The notes: a model not told the origin generated them from the sequence alone. Positions 8,725 to 17,775 are shown, numbered from the stretch's first letter. The stretch is 32,000 nucleotides of DNA from Geobacter metallireducens GS-15 (GCF_000012925.1 NC_007517.1:1740001-1772000); one strand, 5' to 3'. Numbers and translations: made by a program.

Positions 8725-9372
8725 CTAGGGGGCTTTCTCCTTCAGGTAGGCATCCTTGCAGTGTTCCGAGCAAAAATAGAGCGCGCGGCCGTGTAGCTCG
8801 ATCCTGCATGGGGCAGTGGTCGCCGAGATCGGCATGCCGCAGACCAGGTCCACGACGGTATAGTCTTTCTGATAGAGGGGATGGGTTTCCAGCCGAAGGT
8901 AGGTGTCGACAAATTCAAGGATTTTTTCTTCCACCCACCGGCCAACCGCTTCATCAGAGCCTTCGAGCGGGAGGGTTGTCTCGTCGTTTCGTTTGTACTC
9001 CATTAGCGTGGGAAGTATGTCCAGAGTGGAGCGGATCGCCACCTTTTCGCCCGTCTCCTCTGGAAACAGACCGATGTCGAGAGTGACAGTGGCGGGAAAG
9101 CGCGGCGTGTGGGCAAACTCGCAGGAGCAGTAAAAGTCGGTGCCGGAATGCCGATCGGAAACGAAGGCGTTTTCGAATTGGTGCGACAACTCCACCATCC
9201 TGGGATGGACAACGGATTCCAGGAGGCGATGGGCGGCAGCGGCAAATCGCTCACGTTGACCCAGCATCTCCTTCATCGTGCTGTCGATCTGCTTCTGCCT
9301 CTCCGCAAGTTCGTTCAGGTGCCTGTCGAGGCGCTTGCGAATTTTCTCCGACAGTTGTCCGGTCTCTTCCAT
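8725..9372 (-). CDS. Cytoplasmic protein with C-terminal YHS/TRASH-type metal-binding domain
   Basis: The C-terminus VDLVCGMPISATTAPCRIELHGRALYFCSEHCKDAYL fits the YHS/TRASH Cys pattern. The N-terminus looks coiled-coil and has no signal peptide. The ATG at 9372 (MEETGQL) has GGGGAGAG upstream; the longest ORF starts at 9393. Confidence 0.7.
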   Translation of the reverse strand: MEETGQLSEKIRKRLDRHLNELAERQKQIDSTMKEMLGQRERFAAAAHRLLESVVHPRMVELSHQFENAFVSDRHSGTDFYCSCEFAHTPRFPATVTLDIGLFPEETGEKVAIRSTLDILPTLMEYKRNDETTLPLEGSDEAVGRWVEEKILEFVDTYLRLETHPLYQKDYTVVDLVCGMPISATTAPCRIELHGRALYFCSEHCKDAYLKEKAP

Positions 9373-9408
9373 GATGTCTCTCCCCGGCCCCATGGCCGTC
9401 AGGTCGCG

Positions 9409-9834
9409 TCAGTCGCGAAACGTGGCGTGGCATTCGTTGCACTTCTCCTCGGCCTTCTTGAAGGCAGTCTTGGCGCCAGCAATATCTCCCTTTTTCGCCA
9501 AGGCCACCGTTGCCGTTACCTTCGAGCCGAAGTCATCAGCGATTTTTTTGAATGTGTCAATCTTCTTCAGATTCTTGTGGGGCTTCGCTTTCTTCAGATC
9601 GGGAATGGTCCCGGCCATTTCCCCCGCCTCCGCCTCGACAGTCGTGGCATCCCCTTTCTCCAGGGCGCCGTTGATCTTAGTCTGGGCCTCGGCATACATG
9701 GGCATTATCCGGTGGAGTTTGTCCATCCTGGTGTCACGGTGTTTCTTCCCGTGCATCTCGCCTCCGTGAGCGAGAGCTCCCCCCTGTGTCAGCAGAAGAA
9801 TGCACGCCGCCAGCATTGTTGCTTTCTTCATCAT
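9409..9834 (-). CDS. Periplasmic class II cytochrome c (cytochrome c'/c556-like four-helix bundle)
   Basis: It has the signal peptide MMKKATMLAACILLLTQGGALA, an Ala/Lys-rich helical body, and a single CNECH haem-c motif a few residues from the C-terminus. GGAGA lies 8 nt upstream of the ATG. Confidence 0.75.
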   Translation of the reverse strand: MMKKATMLAACILLLTQGGALAHGGEMHGKKHRDTRMDKLHRIMPMYAEAQTKINGALEKGDATTVEAEAGEMAGTIPDLKKAKPHKNLKKIDTFKKIADDFGSKVTATVALAKKGDIAGAKTAFKKAEEKCNECHATFRD

Positions 9835-9856
9835 TCGTGTTCTCTCCTGAATCGTA

Positions 9857-10762
9857 TCAGTGCTCCTGCACTTCCAGCGGAAACTCGCCGGCTCCTTCAG
9901 CAGAACGGCCGACCTTGTCGGTTACCTTCCAGCGGACCTTTACCGGCATTCCGGCTTTGAACAGGGAGGGGGCCTTCGGCTTCAAAACCGCCGCCATATC
10001 GAAGACCGAGTGATAGACTTCGCCGTCGAATCGCTTGTTGTCTCCCCCGGCTATGTTCAACTCCTTGATCTCCAGCGGCCGGTCGAAGAAGACATTCACC
10101 TCTTCTACCTCCTTTGCCCCCTTCTCCTTCATGGCAGTGACGCTCAGAAGGCGAGGGGGAGAGGGGTGGAGGACGGCGCTTTCCTGCGGTTTCAGCGGAC
10201 CTCCATGGCCGAGGAACATCGCGACGTCTTTGCCGTCCACGGTGCCGCTTTCTTTTCCTTCGATCTGCATCCGCACCTCCCGAACCCCGCTGAACTGGGA
10301 AAGGGTGAGGGCGACCGCATCGAGCAGGGCCTTTTCAACCACGGCATCGGCTTTTGCAGCAAGGATTTCCTTGCTGAAGTTCACGGTTACGGCGTCATTT
10401 TGCTCGGCAAGGCCGAGGATGCGCGTGCCGGGAGCAAATAGCTGGAGGAATTCACCCTTGTAACTCCCCACATCCATGCCTCCTAGCAGACGCTCGACCG
10501 CCACCTTCTTCAAGGAACTTTGATCGAAGGTGAAGAACGGAAACGGGACCACCTTGCCCGGCTCTTTTGCTGAGGGGAAATAGATGACGAAAGCGTAGCA
10601 GGTTCCCTTGTCGGTGGTCGGAGCGGGGCCGAAATACTTCTCATATGCCCCAGTGGCCGAAACGCGGACCTGTTTCCCTGGGACGTTTTTCTGCTCTTTG
10701 GAGCAGCCAGCCAAGGCAATCAGAACAAGGATTGCCACCAACGCTATGCGAACCTTTCCCAT
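9857..10762 (-). CDS. Lipoprotein with GerMN-like domain
   Basis: Lipobox LIALAG|C. The central region (...VAVERLLGGMDVGSYKGEFLQLFAPGTRILGLAEQNDAVTVNFSKEIL...LTLSQFSGVREVRMQIEGKE) matches the GerMN pattern as I remember it. The C-terminal roughly 100 aa are unassigned. Confidence 0.6.
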   Translation of the reverse strand: MGKVRIALVAILVLIALAGCSKEQKNVPGKQVRVSATGAYEKYFGPAPTTDKGTCYAFVIYFPSAKEPGKVVPFPFFTFDQSSLKKVAVERLLGGMDVGSYKGEFLQLFAPGTRILGLAEQNDAVTVNFSKEILAAKADAVVEKALLDAVALTLSQFSGVREVRMQIEGKESGTVDGKDVAMFLGHGGPLKPQESAVLHPSPPRLLSVTAMKEKGAKEVEEVNVFFDRPLEIKELNIAGGDNKRFDGEVYHSVFDMAAVLKPKAPSLFKAGMPVKVRWKVTDKVGRSAEGAGEFPLEVQEH

Positions 10763-10776
10763 AAGGCACTCCCGGT

Positions 10777-10810
10777 GGAAAAAGGGGCAACCGGATAACC
10801 GGTCACCCCT
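10777..10810 (-). terminator. Intrinsic terminator/attenuator hairpin after the Met/His-rich protein gene
   Basis: The minus-strand RNA is AGGGGUGACCGG-UUAU-CCGGUUGCCCCU followed by UUUUCC: a 12-bp stem (two G-U pairs), a tetraloop and a U-tract. It ends only about 15 nt before the ATG of the next gene (10762). Confidence 0.6.
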
Positions 10811-10835
10811 GGTGCCGACTTGACGCCGATCTTTC

Positions 10836-11318
10836 TTACTTCACCACGTACCAGAACTTGGCACTTCTCACCTTGCCGTCGGCCAGCTTGAACTTGGCCA
10901 TGACGCCGTACTTCCCCTTTTTGGAGAGGTCGAAATCGGCGCCGAAATGTCCTTGCATCGCCATCAGGTCCTTGACTTGCTCGGACTTGTTGGGGCCTTG
11001 GACTTTGACCTTCACCTCTCCTTCGGTAATCGCCTTGCCGCTCTTCGCATCCTTGAACTCAACGGCGATGTGGTGGGTCTCCTTCATCCCCTTCGGCATC
11101 TCCATCTTCATTCCCTTCATGTGCTCGGCCATGCTCATCACCTTGAAGGTGACCTTCACCCCGTCCACCACCTCCTGGTGGGCGACGTCACCCCCGTGAT
11201 CCATCTTCATTGAACCGTGGTCCATCTTCATGGAGCCGTGATCCATCTCCGCGTGGGAAACAAGGGGGGCCGCCAGGGCAAAGGTTGCCACTGCGATGAC
11301 TACTGGCAATTTCTTCAT
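10836..11318 (-). CDS. Periplasmic Met/His-rich metal-binding protein (candidate CusF-like Cu/Ag chaperone; possibly YtkA/FixH-like Ig fold)
   Basis: It has the signal peptide MKKLPVVIAVATFALAAPLVSHA. The mature N-terminus is EMDHGSMKMDHGSMKMDHGG, and further Met/His motifs follow (MAEHMKGMKMEMPKGMKETHH). It lies directly after cusA with a strong SD (AAGGAGAAG). The fold assignment is a guess. Confidence 0.6.
   Translation of the reverse strand: MKKLPVVIAVATFALAAPLVSHAEMDHGSMKMDHGSMKMDHGGDVAHQEVVDGVKVTFKVMSMAEHMKGMKMEMPKGMKETHHIAVEFKDAKSGKAITEGEVKVKVQGPNKSEQVKDLMAMQGHFGADFDLSKKGKYGVMAKFKLADGKVRSAKFWYVVK
11191..11250 (-). repeat. 21-nt in-frame tandem repeat (about 2.7 copies) encoding MDHGSMK
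   Basis: The coding strand reads atggatcacggctccatgaag / atggaccacggttcaatgaag / atggatcacggggg. The two full copies differ only at three synonymous positions. Confidence 0.9.
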
Positions 11319-11395
11319 TGTTCTTCTCCTTTTTATGGTGTGTTGAAATGGGTCAATGACCCTTCCTGAGAGCCGCCCACGGAGCGACTCTACAG

Positions 11396-14300
11396 CTAAT
11401 GCTTCATCCCTGAATACTTCAGTTTACCCTTTTTTAGATCATGTTTTTTCATCAACACAAAGATGACCGGCGTCATGATGAGGACATGGATGGCCGAGGA
11501 GATCATCCCCCCGATCATGGGGGCCGCGATCGGTTTCATGACGTCGGCGCCGGTACCGCTGGACCACATGATCGGTATCAGGCCGATGAGGGCCACTGCC
11601 ACGGTCATGAGCTTGGGGCGCAGCCGCAGCACCGCCCCCTCGAAGGTGGCATCATAGATGTCCTGCTCGGTGCATGGCCCGTTGATGAGCTTCTTGTCCA
11701 AGGCCTCATGGAGGTAGATGACCATCACCACCCCAGTCTCCACGGCGATGCCGTAGAGGGCGATGAAGCCGACCCAGACTGCCACCGACATGTTGTAGCC
11801 GAGGGCCTTCACCAGGTAGACCCCCCCCACCAGGGCGAAGGGGACCGAGAGCATGACCATGCTCGCCTCCAGGGCCGAGTGGAAGGTGAAGTAGAGGAGA
11901 ATGAAGATGATGAGCATCCCCGCCGGCACCAGGATCTGGAGGCGCTGCTTGGCCCGGACCTGGTTCTCCCACTGTCCCGACCATGCCACGTAGTAACCCG
12001 CCGGGAGCTTCAGGTTCTTTTCGAGGACGGTCTTTGCCTCACCCACAAAGCCCCCCATGTCGCGGCCACGCACGTTGAGGAAGACGATGGAGCGCAGCAG
12101 CCCTCCCTCGCTGTTGATCTCCGGCGCACCGGTGGAGACCTTGAGCTTCGTCACGAGCGACAGCGGCACCTGAGCCCCCTCCATGCCGCCCACGAGGATG
12201 CGCTGGATGGCCGGGATATTGTCACGATAGTCGCGCATATAGCGGATGCGGATCGGGAAGCGGTTGCGCCCCTCCACCGAGGTGGAGAGCATCTCGCCCC
12301 CCAGGGCGGTCTCGATGACATCCTGGATTTCGCCCACGTTCACCCCATAGCGGGCCGCGGCCTCCCGGTCGATGTCGATGTCGATGTAGTTGCCGCCGGT
12401 GACCCGCTCGGCCACCACGTCGGCAGCGCCGGGAACGGTCTTCAGAATCCCCTCGGCCTGGACCGCCAGGTCCTTGAGGACGTTCAGGTCGTTGCCGAAG
12501 ATCTTGACCCCCAGGTCGGTCCTGACCCCGGTGGAGAGCATGTTGATCCGGTTGATGATCGGCTGGGTCCAGCCGTTTCTGACGCCGATCTGCTGGAGCT
12601 TGGCATCCAGCTCCGAGACGATGTCGGCCTTGGTGACCCCGGCCCGCCACTTCTCCTTGGGTTTCAGGATGATGATCGACTCGAACATGGAGACCGGCGC
12701 CGGGTCGGTGGAGGTTTCGGCGCGCCCCACCTTGCCGAGGACGTGCTCCACCTCGGGGACGCTCTTGATGACTGTGTCCTGCACCTGGATAAGCCGCTTC
12801 GCCTCGGTTATGGAGATGTTGGGGAGCGTCACCGGCATGTAGAGGAGCGATCCCTCGTCAAGAGGGGGCATGAACTCGGAGCCGAGGGTCATGAACATCG
12901 GGATGGCGATGGCCAGGGCCACGAGGTTAAGGGCGATGGTGGTCTTTTTCCACTTCAGTACCCAGCGGATCACCGGCGAGTAGAGCCGGATGAAGAACAT
13001 GGAAACCGGGTTGGAGCTCTCAGGCGGCATCTTCCCCCGCATGAAGAAGAACATGAGGACCGGCACGAGCGTGATGGCGATGAAGGCCGATCCCACCATG
13101 GAGAAAGTCTTGGTGAAGGCGAGGGGGTGGAACATCTTCCCTTCCTGCCCCTCCAGGAGGAAGACCGGCACGAAGGAGAGGACGATGATGGCCAGGGAGA
13201 AAAAGATCGCTCGTCCCACCTGCTTGGCGCTTGTGATGATCACCTCCAGCCGCTTCTCTTTGCGCTCCTCGGGGGGGAGCTCGGAGAGGTGCCGGTAGCA
13301 GTTTTCCACCATGATGACCCCGGCGTCCACCAGCACGCCGATGGCAATGGCGATCCCCCCCAGGGACATGATGTTGGAGGTGACCCCCATGAGCTTCATG
13401 GTGATGAACGAGATCAGCACCGCAATTGGGAGGGTCAGCACGATCACCAGGGAGCTCTGGAAGTGGAGGAGGAAGGCGAGGATCACCAGGGATACCACCA
13501 CCGATTCTTCCAGCAGCGAGTGTTTCAGGGTGTCAATGGCCCGCATGATCAAATCGGAGCGGTCGTAGGAGACCATAATCTTTACGCCGGGGGGAAGCCC
13601 TTGCTCCAGAGACTTGATCTTCTCCTTCACCCGGTCGATGACGTCCTTGGCGTTCTCGCCGTAGCGCATGACCACGATGCCGCCCACCGCCTCCCCTTCG
13701 CCGTTCATGTCGAGGAGCCCCCGACGGATGGCGCCCCCCAGTTGCACGGTGCCGAGGTTCTTGACGTAGACCGGCGTGCCGCGCATGTCGGCGCCGACCA
13801 CGATGTCCTCCAGGTCCTTGGGAGACTTGATGTACCCCTTGCCGCGGATCAGGTACTCGGCGTCGGCCTGTTCCATGAGCCTGCCGCCCACGTCGTTGTT
13901 GGAGCGCTTCACCGCCTCCATAACCTGATCAACCTTGACGTTGTAAGCGAAGAGCCGGTTGGGATCCAGGTCGATTTGGTATTCGCGGACGTATCCGCCG
14001 ATGGAGGCCACCTCGGCCACGCCGGGGACGGTGTTCAGCTGGTAGCGGACAAACCAGTCCTGGAGCGTCCGGAGTTGTTCCAGGTCATATCCTTTTCCTT
14101 CCAGGGTGTACCAGAAGACATGGCCGACGCCGGTGCCGTCGGGGCCAAGCGTCGGGCGGACGTTGGGCGGCAGGAGCGATGCAGCGTAGTTGAGGCGCTC
14201 CAGCACCCGAGTTCTGGCCCAGTAGATGTCGGCCTTGTCCTCGAAGATGACATAGATCATGGAGAAGCCGAAGGCGCTCGACGCCCGGACGGCGCGCACC

Positions 14301-14533
14301 TGGGGCAGCCCCTGGAGGTTTACGGCCAGGGGATAGGTCACCTGGTCCTCCACCACCTGCGGCGAGCGTCCCGGATATTCGGTGAAGACGATCACCTGGT
14401 TGTCGGAGAGGTCGGGAATGGCGTCAACCGGCGTCCTGTAGACCGCCCATACCCCCGCAGCCACAATCAGGGCGAAGATCATGATGATAATGATGCGATT
14501 TCTCGCGGAGTAGTCGATGATTTTCTCAATCAC
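11396..14533 (-). CDS. cusA: Heavy-metal efflux RND pump, CusA/CzcA family
   Basis: 1045 aa. The N-terminus MIEKIIDYSARNRIIIIMIFALIVAAGVWAVYRTPVDAIPDLSDNQVIVFTEYPGRSPQVVEDQVTYPL closely follows the E. coli CusA pattern, and size and layout are RND-like. The GTG start has GGAGG 6 nt upstream. Confidence 0.92.
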   Translation of the reverse strand: MIEKIIDYSARNRIIIIMIFALIVAAGVWAVYRTPVDAIPDLSDNQVIVFTEYPGRSPQVVEDQVTYPLAVNLQGLPQVRAVRASSAFGFSMIYVIFEDKADIYWARTRVLERLNYAASLLPPNVRPTLGPDGTGVGHVFWYTLEGKGYDLEQLRTLQDWFVRYQLNTVPGVAEVASIGGYVREYQIDLDPNRLFAYNVKVDQVMEAVKRSNNDVGGRLMEQADAEYLIRGKGYIKSPKDLEDIVVGADMRGTPVYVKNLGTVQLGGAIRRGLLDMNGEGEAVGGIVVMRYGENAKDVIDRVKEKIKSLEQGLPPGVKIMVSYDRSDLIMRAIDTLKHSLLEESVVVSLVILAFLLHFQSSLVIVLTLPIAVLISFITMKLMGVTSNIMSLGGIAIAIGVLVDAGVIMVENCYRHLSELPPEERKEKRLEVIITSAKQVGRAIFFSLAIIVLSFVPVFLLEGQEGKMFHPLAFTKTFSMVGSAFIAITLVPVLMFFFMRGKMPPESSNPVSMFFIRLYSPVIRWVLKWKKTTIALNLVALAIAIPMFMTLGSEFMPPLDEGSLLYMPVTLPNISITEAKRLIQVQDTVIKSVPEVEHVLGKVGRAETSTDPAPVSMFESIIILKPKEKWRAGVTKADIVSELDAKLQQIGVRNGWTQPIINRINMLSTGVRTDLGVKIFGNDLNVLKDLAVQAEGILKTVPGAADVVAERVTGGNYIDIDIDREAAARYGVNVGEIQDVIETALGGEMLSTSVEGRNRFPIRIRYMRDYRDNIPAIQRILVGGMEGAQVPLSLVTKLKVSTGAPEINSEGGLLRSIVFLNVRGRDMGGFVGEAKTVLEKNLKLPAGYYVAWSGQWENQVRAKQRLQILVPAGMLIIFILLYFTFHSALEASMVMLSVPFALVGGVYLVKALGYNMSVAVWVGFIALYGIAVETGVVMVIYLHEALDKKLINGPCTEQDIYDATFEGAVLRLRPKLMTVAVALIGLIPIMWSSGTGADVMKPIAAPMIGGMISSAIHVLIMTPVIFVLMKKHDLKKGKLKYSGMKH

Positions 14534-14571
14534 AGTGAACCTCCGGGACCGGCGTCCGGTCCCTGATCAAA

Positions 14572-15972
14572 TTACATTTTCATATCACCCATATCCATGC
14601 CGCCCCCCTTCTTCTGGGGAGGAGCGGACGGCGTGTGCCCTTCATGACCGGCCGGGGGAGCCGGAGCGCCTTTCTCCTCCATCTTCATCCCCGGCATGCC
14701 GGCATGGCCGCCGCCAGTCCCTTTCAGCTGCGCTTCGGAGTCGATCAGGTACCCGCCCGATGCCGCAACCTTTTCGCCTGCCTTCACCCCGGAGAGCACC
14801 TGGAGCATGTCCCCCACCCGGGCGCCCACCTTCACGTCCCGGGGCTCGAACATTCCCGGCTTCATCTCAACCCATGCTACCTGCCGCTTACCGGTGTCCA
14901 TCACTGCGGCCACCGGCACGGTCACGGCGGTGCCGAGCGGCACCTTGACCGACGCGTTCACGAACATGTCCGGCTTGAGCTTCAGGCCTGGATTGGGAAG
15001 TTGGACCCGCACCTTGACCGTCCGGGTCTTGGGGTCGAGGAAGGGGTAGACGAACGACACCCGACCCGAGAAGGTCTTACCGGGATAAGACTGGGAAACG
15101 ATGTCGACCCGCTGGCCGAGCTTTATGAAGGAGAATTCGTTTTCGTAGACCTCCACGTCCACCCAGACGGTGGAGAGGTCGGCGATGTTGAAGAGGGGAT
15201 CCCCCGTGTTCACGTACTGCCCCTCAATGGCGATCTTCTCGATCACCACCCCCGAGAGGGGGGTGTAAATAGGAAGACGGATATTGGGACGACCGGCCTT
15301 CTGAAGCCCTGCGATCTGGTGCTCCTTTACCCCCATGAGGAGGAGCCGCTGCCGGGCCGAGGCCACGAGCCCCTCTCCCCCCTGGGAGATGGAGGCAATG
15401 GGGGAGTCCTTGAACCGGTCGCGGCTCTTCAGTGCCAGGAGGTATTCCTGCTGAGCGGAGACGAGATCGGGCGAATAGACCTCGGCCACCGGTTTTCCCT
15501 TGGACACATAGGCGCCAACGGTGTTGACGTAGAGCCTGTCAATGCGGCCCGCCACCCACGCGGTGACCTTCGCCTGCCGGGACTGGTCGTACTGCACGAT
15601 GCCGACAGCATTCACCTCCTTGGTGAGGGGCATCGTCTTTGCCTCAACGGTGGCAACATTGGCCATCACCTGCTGGGAAGGCGAGAGGGAAACATGCTCG
15701 AGCATGGCCATTTCCTTGGCATCTGCCTGGGCGCCTTCCACTTTTTTGATGAGCTCCATCCCGCAAATGGGGCAGGTACCGGGCTTGTCCTTGATGATGA
15801 AGGGATGCATGGCGCAGGTGTAGAGCACCTTCCCCTGGGCGGCCTTTTCCCCCTGTTTTGCTCCTGTTGCGGTCTCCGCCTTCTGGTTGTGCCACAGGTA
15901 GTACCCCCCGCCGCCTGCCGCGGCCAGGAGAACCACTGCCACCGGAACTGCTACCTTTGCACTCAATTTCAT
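14572..15972 (-). CDS. cusB: Efflux RND periplasmic adaptor, CusB-like, with N-terminal heavy-metal-binding zinc-ribbon motif and Met/His-rich tail
   Basis: It has a signal anchor, the motif YTCAMHPFIIKDKPGTCPICGMEL, an HlyD/CusB-like body, and the C-terminal tail HAGMPGMKMEE...GGGMDMGDMKM. It sits between cusC and cusA. Confidence 0.88.
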   Translation of the reverse strand: MKLSAKVAVPVAVVLLAAAGGGGYYLWHNQKAETATGAKQGEKAAQGKVLYTCAMHPFIIKDKPGTCPICGMELIKKVEGAQADAKEMAMLEHVSLSPSQQVMANVATVEAKTMPLTKEVNAVGIVQYDQSRQAKVTAWVAGRIDRLYVNTVGAYVSKGKPVAEVYSPDLVSAQQEYLLALKSRDRFKDSPIASISQGGEGLVASARQRLLLMGVKEHQIAGLQKAGRPNIRLPIYTPLSGVVIEKIAIEGQYVNTGDPLFNIADLSTVWVDVEVYENEFSFIKLGQRVDIVSQSYPGKTFSGRVSFVYPFLDPKTRTVKVRVQLPNPGLKLKPDMFVNASVKVPLGTAVTVPVAAVMDTGKRQVAWVEMKPGMFEPRDVKVGARVGDMLQVLSGVKAGEKVAASGGYLIDSEAQLKGTGGGHAGMPGMKMEEKGAPAPPAGHEGHTPSAPPQKKGGGMDMGDMKM

Positions 15973-16045
15973 GATCGTACCTCGCGGTTTATGGAGAATA
16001 GTTCAATGCATAGCATCTACAGGGCGCGCACGCCGGGAAAGCCCA

Positions 16046-17326
16046 CTACTCCTGCAATTCCTTGCCGACCAGGGCCTCAAGCTGGGCGAGGCGCATCTGG
16101 TACTCGGCCAGGGATTCGTAATAGTCCCGTTCGTAGTTGAAGAGGGTCAGCCGGTTGTCGAGGAGCGTAAGGAAGTCGACCTTGTTTACCCGGTAGCCGA
16201 TGGTGGCGGATTCCAGCGACTGCTCCGCCTGGGGGATGATGCCGGTGCGGTAGAGCTTGGCGAGCTTCTCACGCCGCTCCAGCTGGGCCAGGCTGTCGGC
16301 GATGCCGAGATTGATGCTGTTGTTCAAGGTATTCAATTCTGCCGTCGCCATGGCGATCTCGGCCGACGACTCCCGGACCATGGCATGGCGCCGTTCCCGC
16401 TGGATCGGGAGATTGAAGGTGAGGCCAGCGCTGTACATGTCGTACCCAGCCTCCATGTCATTGATGGGATCCCGCTGCATATATTCGAAGGAGAGATTAA
16501 CGTCAGGAAAATACTCTTTTTCCGCCAGACGGTGTCCGGCTTCACCCTTCTCGATCTCGGCGCGCAGACTCTTGACCAGCGGCCGGTTCTCCTGCGCCAT
16601 GGAGCGGAGTTGGTCGGGGGACCAGGTAAAGGGCTTCAGTTCGAAGTCGGCAACTTTTCCCACCGGCGTTTCGGCGGGGCGGTAGAGCAGGGTGTTCAGG
16701 GTGGCCTGGAGGCTCTTTCGCTGCTGTTCCAGGGATATCTTCATGTCGACCATCTTCGAACGTTCAACCTGGGCCTTGAAGACGTCCTGCTGGGCCCCCT
16801 GGCCCACGGAGTATTTCGTTTCGGCAAGGGCGATGAAGTCATCCATGATCCGGATATTCTTCTCGACGATCTGCAACTCCTTGTCGGTCAGAAAGATTTG
16901 GTACCAGGTCTCCTTCACCATCCGGGCCAGTTCCAACTTCCGCTCCGCCACCTGCCACTTGAGCGCCTCGGCCTCCCTCGACGCCACCTCGGCCTTCAGG
17001 TCCCGCTTCCCCCAGAAGGGGAGTTGCTGCGAGATGCCGATCACCCGCTGGCTCATGGGATCACGCCGGGAATTGAAGGGATCGCGGATCAGGAAGCTCT
17101 GCATCTTGAGCATGAGCATCGGATCGTCAAGGGCACCCGCTTGGGCCACGCGGTTGCGGAACATCTCCCAACGGGCCTCGGACGCCTTCACCTCGGGATT
17201 GTTGGCGAGGGCAGCATCGACAAGCTGAGGGAGATTTTCGGATGGTTTTGTTTCCTCGGCCGGTGCCTGGTACGGAAGCGCCAGCACCGCGAGAAGCATG
17301 AACCCGATTGCGAGACGTGATTTCAT
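16046..17326 (-). CDS. cusC: TolC-family outer membrane efflux protein, CusC-like
   Basis: It shows the outer-membrane-efflux repeat architecture. The signal peptide MKSRLAIGFMLLAVLALPYQAPA starts at the ATG at 17326, preceded by AGGAGA. The track ORF extends to 17383, but those extra 19 aa lack signal-peptide character. Confidence 0.85.
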   Translation of the reverse strand: MKSRLAIGFMLLAVLALPYQAPAEETKPSENLPQLVDAALANNPEVKASEARWEMFRNRVAQAGALDDPMLMLKMQSFLIRDPFNSRRDPMSQRVIGISQQLPFWGKRDLKAEVASREAEALKWQVAERKLELARMVKETWYQIFLTDKELQIVEKNIRIMDDFIALAETKYSVGQGAQQDVFKAQVERSKMVDMKISLEQQRKSLQATLNTLLYRPAETPVGKVADFELKPFTWSPDQLRSMAQENRPLVKSLRAEIEKGEAGHRLAEKEYFPDVNLSFEYMQRDPINDMEAGYDMYSAGLTFNLPIQRERRHAMVRESSAEIAMATAELNTLNNSINLGIADSLAQLERREKLAKLYRTGIIPQAEQSLESATIGYRVNKVDFLTLLDNRLTLFNYERDYYESLAEYQMRLAQLEALVGKELQE

Positions 17327-17439
17327 GGGGTCTCCTGGAGGTTGTAGATAGTTATGACTATCCATTTGCCGTGCCAAAAGCAAATTGGCTGATTTTACGG
17401 CTTATATTCAACTTGTGCCGCTTGTTCGATGGCGAGCAT

Positions 17440-17478
17440 GCAGAATATTCGACAGCAGCATCAGAATATTCTCTACTG
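17440..17478. promoter_or_regulatory. Two AGAATATTC boxes (candidate operator/UAS) upstream of cusC
   Basis: gCAGAATATTCgaca (17440-17454) and tCAGAATATTCtctactg (17461-17478) are spaced 21 bp start to start. The core GAATATTC is palindromic. The reverse complement of 17463-17476 is GTAGAGAATATTCT, identical to 28571-28584. Confidence 0.5.
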
Positions 17479-17775
17479 TCGTGGCTAGTTCACTCTAGTT
17501 TTTATCGGCGAGTTTTTAATTAATTTTAGTTGTTTTGTAAAAAAATTTTTCCATTTGGCAAAGTAGAGACAAGAGCGCGGTGCAATCACTTGCTGCCAAT
17601 CTGGATGATTTGCATCTGCATATCCATCCCTGCCTTCATGGCGGTGATGTTGGCCTCGTAGGCCCGGGTTAGGGCGGGACGGATCCGCCGATACGGCTCT
17701 AACCTGTTAAATAATGCCACTTCATTTCTTGTTGTCAATGTGTCTGGCAGATGTAAGTGCCTAACATTACGCCTG

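Noticed and set aside
9109-9960. 283-aa plus-strand ORF spanning the YHS-protein and cytochrome c' genes
   Set aside because: It crosses two well-supported minus-strand genes and their intergenic spacer, and no motif is recognisable.
11350-11362. 13-bp palindrome GGGTCAaTGACCC between cusA and the Met/His-rich protein gene
   Set aside because: It is short and isolated and could be an operator or an RNA hairpin. With no second copy and no supporting promoter elements, I leave it as an observation only.
11441-14566. 1041-aa ORF on the plus strand covering all of cusA
   Set aside because: It is antisense to a clearly recognisable RND pump. The translation is low-complexity (H/D/G/R/P-rich) with no recognisable domain. 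It is the usual stop-poor shadow frame of a GC3-rich gene.
14635-17320. 501-aa and 449-aa plus-strand ORFs opposite cusB and cusC
   Set aside because: Same shadow-ORF behaviour: no SD, no domain, and the true genes on the minus strand have strong family signatures.
17586-17715. Possible small minus-strand ORF or gene remnant ending ...RPALTRAYEANITAMKAGMDMQMQIIQIGSK*
   Set aside because: The only possible start is a GTG with a poor SD, giving about 42 aa, and I recognise no family. It may be a remnant or chance ORF. Worth a blastx, but not supportable as a feature.
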